From IMG/VR virus record IMGVR_UViG_3300008113_000157: DNA of 21,866 bases, one strand, 5' to 3'. The position numbers and the translations under genes were made by a program. Positions 16,175-21,866 of the stretch are shown piece after piece; the first letter of the stretch is position 1, and each line of letters opens with the position of its first letter. The notes beneath the pieces are model-generated. The model made no database searches. It worked only from the letters and a program-made list of their open reading frames with translations, and was not told where the DNA came from. Origin of the DNA: an uncultured virus (IMG/VR IMGVR_UViG_3300008113_000157) (lineage: Duplodnaviria; Heunggongvirae; Uroviricota; Caudoviricetes).

Positions 16175-16603
16175 ATGGCACGCACCTACCTAGAGATGCT
16201 TCCGCTTTGGTACGTACAGGACCAGCTAGAGCTCTCTGACCAATACGCGACAGGTCTTGCGTGGAAGACGCAAGCACGTGGTCACAAGCCCGGTGACATA
16301 GCTGGCCGGCAGCATGGCAAGTACTGTTACGTTTCTCTTTGCGGCGCACGGTACCAAGCGCATCGCATCGTGTACTACTTACGTACTGGTAGCGATCCAG
16401 GGAACGCAGACGTCGTTCACGACCCCTCCAACGTCACGTACGACAACCGTCAGGAGCTAGCCCTCAAACAACGCCGCACCCGTCCTGCGCCTTCATACCG
16501 ACGCCGCACACGTAACGCCGAAGGAGAGCTGGTCTACAACCTGGAGAACGGCATGTCCTTCCACAAGTACCAACGCCTTATCGGCAACCCACTCAGTTCT
16601 TAA
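16175..16603 (+). CDS. degenerate HNH-endonuclease-like protein
   Basis: TGLAWK...PGDIAG...YQAHRIVYYL...VVH...DNRQEL resembles phage HNH homing nucleases; AGGAGG before ATG 16175. Confidence 0.6.
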   Translation: MARTYLEMLPLWYVQDQLELSDQYATGLAWKTQARGHKPGDIAGRQHGKYCYVSLCGARYQAHRIVYYLRTGSDPGNADVVHDPSNVTYDNRQELALKQRRTRPAPSYRRRTRNAEGELVYNLENGMSFHKYQRLIGNPLSS

Positions 16604-16605
16604 TC

Positions 16606-17325
16606 ATGGCCAACTACACCAAACGCATCAACGAACTGGCTTCTGTACTGTCGCCTTTCCGGTACGTTGCCAACATTGAGTTACTTACGGATGCACAGTT
16701 AAGTGCACATGGTTATTACAGGGGATTTATATGCCCCCATGGGCATACCATTCGTGACAAGACATATCACTGGTGTTACGAATGTGTTCGTAAAATTTCC
16801 AATAACAACTGTGGTTTTGACATCAACTATATTGATGGCTTGTACAAACATCGCCTGCTATCCATCTGGAGCAAGATACCTGTAAAGGATTTTGAAGAGT
16901 GCTGGGAAGCACCTGCGTTAACAAAAGCGCGCATTCGTTTCCCTTCCTATCGTTCTGCTAACAGTAAAAACCTAGCTGAAAACATCAGTGCACATAAAGT
17001 CATTTATCAATGTGCATGGGGAGATGTTGGCAAGATGGTTGTAACACGTACGTGCCGCAATAAAGATTGTCTTAATCCTTTGCATATGATTTCAAGTTGG
17101 AATCGCACTTTCCCACCCGTTGAGATCCAACCGTTCCATCACACGTTTGACCCCAGCAAATTAATGCACGCTGCAGATAACCAGCTAAAAGAAACACCTG
17201 AACCCATTATGAAAGCCAAGTACAAACAAACGATTCAACATCCGTTGGTGAACAAAAACACCCCGGATTATGATGATACACAGGAGCTGTATTACGGTTC
17301 ATATGCCCAGGAATTCAGTAGTTAG
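16606..17325 (+). CDS. Zn-finger + degenerate His-Me (HNH-like) protein
   Basis: CPHGH...CYEC Zn ribbon; ECWE...SAHKVIY...TRTCRNKDCLNPLHM resembles the HxCxNxxCxNPxHL loop. Confidence 0.6.
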   Translation: MANYTKRINELASVLSPFRYVANIELLTDAQLSAHGYYRGFICPHGHTIRDKTYHWCYECVRKISNNNCGFDINYIDGLYKHRLLSIWSKIPVKDFEECWEAPALTKARIRFPSYRSANSKNLAENISAHKVIYQCAWGDVGKMVVTRTCRNKDCLNPLHMISSWNRTFPPVEIQPFHHTFDPSKLMHAADNQLKETPEPIMKAKYKQTIQHPLVNKNTPDYDDTQELYYGSYAQEFSS

Positions 17326-18211
17326 TCAAGAGCAACGAACTAAAAATAATCCATTAGTACTTGGTACTTTTGATCAGCTTTCGCTGCGTTATTTACGTGG
17401 CAATCTTGGTGCAAAGTACCAAGTAAAAACCAACGGGTTTGGCGGCGGTACGTACAACAATTGGTTCCAGGTCAATCTTTCGGCACCTGCTTGGATCATT
17501 GTTACCAAAGGGCCGCCGCGCCCTACATATATCAACGTCAGTGTCTATGATCTCAACAACATCCCTCAAACAGATCTGCCTGTGTTCCAGGCTGATTCAC
17601 TGACTGATGGTATCAACAATCTAGGAGATGTGTACATTCCTTACCTCAATACGGTAATGAGTGTTCAATCTGATCTTTACAACACCTTTGATAGGTTGCG
17701 GCTTGATCGTGGTGATGACCGATACTTTCCTTTAGGCGTTGGCAGCTATTTAATTTGCATTTCGTCTACACGCAACGAACCCCTTAATTACGAAGTTGGT
17801 GTTGTTATCGAGCCTGCTTCTACCGCTCAAGAAGTATATTGGGAGCTAGAAGACGTAGATGGCAGCATTGTATTGCAGGAGTACACGATTGATGTAGCAG
17901 AGATTGTTAGTCCTGTAGACACTGCAGTTATTATTCCTCCCAATGGAGGTGCATTCACTGAAGCTCTTTGTGTTATTGAATCTCCAGGGGGGAGTGTTAC
18001 TGTTGGCACCAACTCCACATGGTTAATTGGTACGCGTATTCCAAGTGGCAATATCAATGATTTTAAAATAGAACTAGAGCCTGGTGATGACGCATACTAC
18101 GATACTATTCATGACCACTCATTGTCAGATTGGCAAGCTGCTTGGAGTAGGGAACATCAAGATACCGATCGGTTCCCTGAGGTCTTTATTCCGTTAACAA
18201 ACAGACCATGA
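17303..18211 (+). CDS. hypothetical beta-rich protein, possibly virion-associated
   Basis: ORF 17270..18211 with a more plausible ATG at 17303; its stop overlaps the next ATG. Confidence 0.65.
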   Translation: MPRNSVVSQEQRTKNNPLVLGTFDQLSLRYLRGNLGAKYQVKTNGFGGGTYNNWFQVNLSAPAWIIVTKGPPRPTYINVSVYDLNNIPQTDLPVFQADSLTDGINNLGDVYIPYLNTVMSVQSDLYNTFDRLRLDRGDDRYFPLGVGSYLICISSTRNEPLNYEVGVVIEPASTAQEVYWELEDVDGSIVLQEYTIDVAEIVSPVDTAVIIPPNGGAFTEALCVIESPGGSVTVGTNSTWLIGTRIPSGNINDFKIELEPGDDAYYDTIHDHSLSDWQAAWSREHQDTDRFPEVFIPLTNRP

Positions 18212-18330
18212 TCAAAAAGCTACTTGCTTTATTCCGTAAAAAACCACGTAAACATTATCCGCATGTTGCTTGGTTGCGCTATTGTATGGAAAATCCATCG
18301 GCACCAGGGTGCCGCATGTATGACGTATGA
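18208..18330 (+). CDS. 40-aa peptide with CP12 C-terminal motif
   Basis: Manual translation MIKKLLALFRKKPRKHYPHVAWLRYCMENPSAPGCRMYDV*; ATGA overlaps at both ends. Confidence 0.6.
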   Translation: MIKKLLALFRKKPRKHYPHVAWLRYCMENPSAPGCRMYDV

Positions 18331-18467
18331 CTCTTTTAGATCCTCCTCAAAAACCCAAAGAACCTAAACCAGTGCCTTCCAGGATTACGGAAGCCACTGA
18401 AGAAGACTGGCAAGATTTTTTTGCCGAGCAAGAAAACTTGGATTACCTAAGAGAATTTGACCGGTAG
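18327..18467 (+). CDS. 46-aa hypothetical protein
   Basis: MTLLDPPQKPKEPKPVPSRITEATEEDWQDFFAEQENLDYLREFDR*; coupled to the upstream stop. Confidence 0.5.
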   Translation: MTLLDPPQKPKEPKPVPSRITEATEEDWQDFFAEQENLDYLREFDR

Positions 18468-18490
18468 AATAAAGAAAAACCAGATCTACC

Positions 18491-18679
18491 ATGAGCGTAA
18501 ACAACTATATCGAAGCTGCTCTCGCTGTTCATGCGGCGGCTTCTGTTATTACCGCCTTAACACCAACCCCAAAAGATGACGCACTTGCAGTAAAAGCTTA
18601 CCGCATCATCGAATTGTGCGCTTTGGTTGTAGGCCGTGCCAAAGAACCCGGCACTGAAAAGCGTCGCCGTCGTCGTTGA
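18491..18679 (+). CDS. small membrane protein, putative holin
   Basis: Hydrophobic segments flank TPTPKDD, with a basic C-terminal tail (KRRRRR); adjacent to the endolysin. Confidence 0.55.
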   Translation: MSVNNYIEAALAVHAAASVITALTPTPKDDALAVKAYRIIELCALVVGRAKEPGTEKRRRRR

Positions 18680-18681
18680 TC

Positions 18682-19686
18682 TCAATAGTTCCAACGAACG
18701 CGTGGCTTGCCTTCTCTGATACCAAGGTGCACGAAACCTTTTGGTGCGCCGTAGCCTAATGAGTAAGGCCAATTTTTATCACACCAGCTTTGCACTGTGT
18801 TGATATCCACACCATCAACGTAAAAATCAACGGCTCCTTTTGATGGAGCACTGTAAGTGTGCTCACTGTTCTTGGCACCGCCTACTTGTGTATTGATGGG
18901 TTCTGGGCGAGAAGCACTTGTGATGATCAATGGTTTGTTACCAAATTGCTTACGTACTTTCTCAAGGAATAAACAAAGTTCTTTTGCCGTATCACATTGA
19001 TACTGTTTGGTGAACCGACGAGCTTCTTGATTAAGAGTTAATTCACCATAGGTGATGTTAGGTGTGATCTTATAGGTGAACGGGCTCCAAGGAGTAAAGT
19101 TACTGGCGTGCGGGTCAACATCTTTTTTTTCTCCAATGTTTTGGAGTTGTCGATCCATAATTTGAATTAATTTTGTACTGTAGTCTGGATCAGTAGCGTA
19201 TCCTTCTTTGACCAGTAAACGCGCACATTCATTTCTACTGGTTGCCCTGTTAACACCTTTGTGCCCATCAAAGTCTTTGTACCAACGATCAACAAGGTAC
19301 GAAACACAGGTTCTTAGGTCAGGGAAATCAATGAATCCAGCCTTGATTGTGATCCACTGACCGTTGATAAATTCCTTTGTTTCAACCGTAGAGCCAGATC
19401 CTTTTAATCCAAAGTAATTGTTTTTACCGGAGGTGTGTTGACCCCAGCCAGACTCAAGTGCCCACTGTGCAGCAACGCATTCAGGAAATTTGGCACCTGC
19501 TTCTTTTGCTGTTTTAACAACAACATCCCAAGTAATGGTGCTTTCCTTGGCTGGCTTATTGCGATATTTAACAGAAAAAGACTCCAAGACCTCAGGTGTT
19601 AACTGAGATTGGAGCCATTCCCATGCGTCAATTTGATGCGGTTCTTTGTTAAAGAACTCAGCAGCGTCTGTAAGTTTAATTGTCAC
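18682..19686 (-). CDS. endolysin: GH73 glucosaminidase + peptidase M15 domain
   Basis: AQWALESGWG, NNYFGLK and GYATDPDY (GH73); ITSASR, N..VGGAKNSEH, AVD and FVHLG (M15 Zn ligands). Confidence 0.88.
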   Translation of the reverse strand: MTIKLTDAAEFFNKEPHQIDAWEWLQSQLTPEVLESFSVKYRNKPAKESTITWDVVVKTAKEAGAKFPECVAAQWALESGWGQHTSGKNNYFGLKGSGSTVETKEFINGQWITIKAGFIDFPDLRTCVSYLVDRWYKDFDGHKGVNRATSRNECARLLVKEGYATDPDYSTKLIQIMDRQLQNIGEKKDVDPHASNFTPWSPFTYKITPNITYGELTLNQEARRFTKQYQCDTAKELCLFLEKVRKQFGNKPLIITSASRPEPINTQVGGAKNSEHTYSAPSKGAVDFYVDGVDINTVQSWCDKNWPYSLGYGAPKGFVHLGIREGKPRVRWNY

Positions 19687-19736
19687 AACACAACTATCAA
19701 TTGTTTTTATTTTAACTGATAATAGTGTCGTGTATT

Positions 19737-20108
19737 TTAAACTTCAACGTAACCAAGTGGATGCGGTAATGGCGGCAAAGGATCTGGTACGTCCCAGGGG
19801 AGTCCTGATGCTTTGTTTAATTCCGCATCAACGCGTGCTGCCAAAGCGTTTTCAATTTCCTTAACGCGGTCAGACGTAAGGGCATCTTTGCACCAGCCCA
19901 TGACGGTCTCTTTATTGAGGCTGAGATAGGGCACCCATTTTTTACGGTCAGCGGGGGCAAGTTCAACAATGCCAGAAGTACTGACTGTGTACTTACCCGC
20001 CATCTGATACGCAAACCAATGGATTGCTGTGACTTCACTACCTGGGTAAGAAGCACTATCCGGAAGTCTCCGATCTAGCAATGAAATTCCCCAGGTAGTT
20101 TTAGTCAT
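19737..20108 (-). CDS. tail-associated small protein (paralogue of 20329..20652)
   Basis: W.I..LDRR...V.AIHW...L.KE.V..W...AL..D.V..IE.AL...G.PW pattern. Confidence 0.65.
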   Translation of the reverse strand: MTKTTWGISLLDRRLPDSASYPGSEVTAIHWFAYQMAGKYTVSTSGIVELAPADRKKWVPYLSLNKETVMGWCKDALTSDRVKEIENALAARVDAELNKASGLPWDVPDPLPPLPHPLGYVEV

Positions 20109-20111
20109 TAC

Positions 20112-20294
20112 TCAATCTTCAACAACTTCAGGATTAACGGCAGCAACTTGTTCTTCCTCTGGCGCAAACTCAAGAGTTTCGATCAGTTGGCCGATAAGGT
20201 TACCAGCGAAAGCAACAAGGTTGCCGTCACCAGTGGCACGTGCAGAACCAAAGGAATTGATGGCGCTAACTAGCTGAGACTTTGTGCAAGCCAT
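20112..20294 (-). CDS. hypothetical protein
   Basis: 60-aa ORF in the tail gene run. Confidence 0.6.
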   Translation of the reverse strand: MACTKSQLVSAINSFGSARATGDGNLVAFAGNLIGQLIETLEFAPEEEQVAAVNPEVVED

Positions 20295-20328
20295 AATGAA
20301 CAGATAACTTCAAAGAGTATAACAAAAA

Positions 20329-20652
20329 TCACCAGGGAACGCCAGATTCAGAAGTGGGGTGCAATTTGGCTTGGATCTGGTTGTGCAGTGCTTCTTCAAT
20401 CGAAACAACTTGATCAACGCCAAGTGCTGCCAGGGTCCAGTTCACCACTTCTTCTTTGGTGAGTTCACTGAAAGGAGTGAAGTTATCAGGGTCGGGTTCA
20501 CCAAGACCAACGCTGCCGTAACAACCGGTAGTTTCACCGTCTTCTTCCAGTGATGCAGTCCAATGGATGGTGTATACAGCGCCATCAGGACAGGTGTCAC
20601 CATCAGGAAGATGACGTTCGAGGTTGGCAATATCCCAAACAGTGTTGGTCAT
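20329..20652 (-). CDS. tail-fibre-associated small protein
   Basis: WDIANLER...VYTIHW...YGSVGL...LTKEEVVNW...GVPW*; directly downstream of the tail fibre. Confidence 0.7.
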   Translation of the reverse strand: MTNTVWDIANLERHLPDGDTCPDGAVYTIHWTASLEEDGETTGCYGSVGLGEPDPDNFTPFSELTKEEVVNWTLAALGVDQVVSIEEALHNQIQAKLHPTSESGVPW

Positions 20653-20702
20653 AGTTAATGATATTTTCTTTTATTTTACCAGGGGTGATTAGTGAGTAGG
20701 GC

Positions 20703-21866
20703 TTAGATGCCTGCCGCAGTTAAACGACCTTCCAAATCTTCGATCTTCTGGAGAGCTTCCTGCAGCGCAGCGGTCAGCAGGGGCACCAGTTTGGATTGGT
20801 CAATGCCTTGGTAGACCGGGTTGCCGTCGTCGTCCACTTCATCTTTGGTGCCAGTGGCACACTCAGGAACAATTTCCTGCGCTTCGTGAGCGATAAAGCC
20901 GTCAACGATCTTGTCTAGATCGGCAATAAAGTTAAACTGACTGGGCTTCAGTTTGTTAATGCGATCAATTGCACCCCTTAATGGAACCACATTTTCCTTT
21001 AGCCGGTAGTCGGACGACGTCGCGTATGTTGTAGCCGTTGTGGTAATGCTAACTGTTCCAACCGGAGTTCCACTAGTGCCGTTTGGGTTGGATGTATGGA
21101 AAAATGCCAGAACATTGCTGCCATTCCTGGAAATGCTTAACGCTCCTGCTGATGACGTTGCTTCTATTCCATACCAACCGGTTGAGTTTGTTGCGGCCGT
21201 ACTGGTTGTCATCAAGACGTCTTGGGTGTTCTTAATGACCATTGCCTGCGTCGGGCTGCTCGCTCCGTCGGCGGTAGTGGAGAACACTAAACGGCCCGGC
21301 ATGTCGTTAGCGCCGGGGGTGCCGTCTACGACAGCTTCTATGGTTGCGCCCGATTTGTCTGCGCTTCCATCAAAACCATTAAACGTAAGACCGCCGAGAT
21401 AATCTCCGTTTTGGACTATGGACGAACCACGTATTTTTGAGAAAGCAATCCCGCAGTTGGCATTGCTGTTCGAATTATTTGTAAGGTGAATTGAACCTTG
21501 CTGATAATCACCCAGCGCCTGAATTGAAGGCGTTCCGTAGACTGCTGTGCTACGCGCAGAAGACGTGCCAACTAACAACCTGCCGGAGCTGTCGATGCGG
21601 GCGCGTTCTCCTGCTGATGTAGTGAAAGAAAATGCTCCAGAGCCAGAACCAATATTGAAATCGTATCTTGTTCCGCTGTCAAAGTTATTTGCAATATCTA
21701 GATTATAACCATTCAGCCCATTTAGCCTAAACAAGCTGGCGCCTGTGCTTTCAAAGACGTTTAATCTAGTTGCAGGACTCGTAGTGCCAATCCCTACGTT
21801 GCCTGTGTTGGATACATGCAGTCGCGTTGTAGTATTAACAACATCAACAATTTGGAAACTTCCGTC
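20703..21866 (-). CDS. tail fibre with C-terminal intramolecular chaperone (peptidase S74) domain, 5'-truncated
   Basis: The frame stays open to the window end (GNVGIGTTSP and RIDSSGRLLVGT repeats). SSDYRLKENV...GFIAHE...IDQSKLVPLL plus a coiled coil mark the S74 domain. Confidence 0.88.
   Translation of the reverse strand, partial: DGSFQIVDVVNTTTRLHVSNTGNVGIGTTSPATRLNVFESTGASLFRLNGLNGYNLDIANNFDSGTRYDFNIGSGSGAFSFTTSAGERARIDSSGRLLVGTSSARSTAVYGTPSIQALGDYQQGSIHLTNNSNSNANCGIAFSKIRGSSIVQNGDYLGGLTFNGFDGSADKSGATIEAVVDGTPGANDMPGRLVFSTTADGASSPTQAMVIKNTQDVLMTTSTAATNSTGWYGIEATSSAGALSISRNGSNVLAFFHTSNPNGTSGTPVGTVSITTTATTYATSSDYRLKENVVPLRGAIDRINKLKPSQFNFIADLDKIVDGFIAHEAQEIVPECATGTKDEVDDDGNPVYQGIDQSKLVPLLTAALQEALQKIEDLEGRLTAAGI

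Noticed and set aside
20703..21866. Diversity-generating retroelement target in the tail fibre
   Set aside because: No reverse transcriptase or template/variable repeat pair is visible in the window, and the C-terminus is an S74 chaperone rather than a C-type lectin fold.

Overview
A 21.9-kb segment of a tailed dsDNA phage genome, most likely a cyanophage. That host assignment is inferred from the Dps, AdoMetDC and CP12-like genes and the cyanophage-type lysin and small ORFs. From left to right: (1) a + strand run of a Gp157-like gene, small hypotheticals, a beta-rich putative virion protein, Dps/ferritin and a 688-aa A/T-rich orphan; (2) a - strand block with an HNH gene, a tightly packed array of structured RNAs (an anticodon-less tRNA-like element, an atypical tRNA-Pro(UGG) and three further stem-loop modules), a conserved phage protein, a small Lys-rich repeat protein, two frameshifted DUF5872-like genes and a SAM methyltransferase; (3) a + strand replication block (PD-(D/E)XK nuclease, Prim-Pol/SF3 primase-helicase, AdoMetDC, GT-B glycosyltransferase), then a ~100-bp inverted repeat with iteron-like direct repeats, two degenerate HNH-like genes, a 40-aa CP12-like peptide and a holin-like gene; (4) a - strand lysis/tail block (GH73+M15 endolysin, two paralogous tail accessory proteins, tail fibre with an S74 chaperone domain). 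The best candidates for undescribed biology are the ncRNA/tRNA-mimic array with its upstream attenuator-like leader, the candidate origin next to degenerate HNH proteins, and the mini-CP12. All family calls come from motif recognition by eye; no searches were run.
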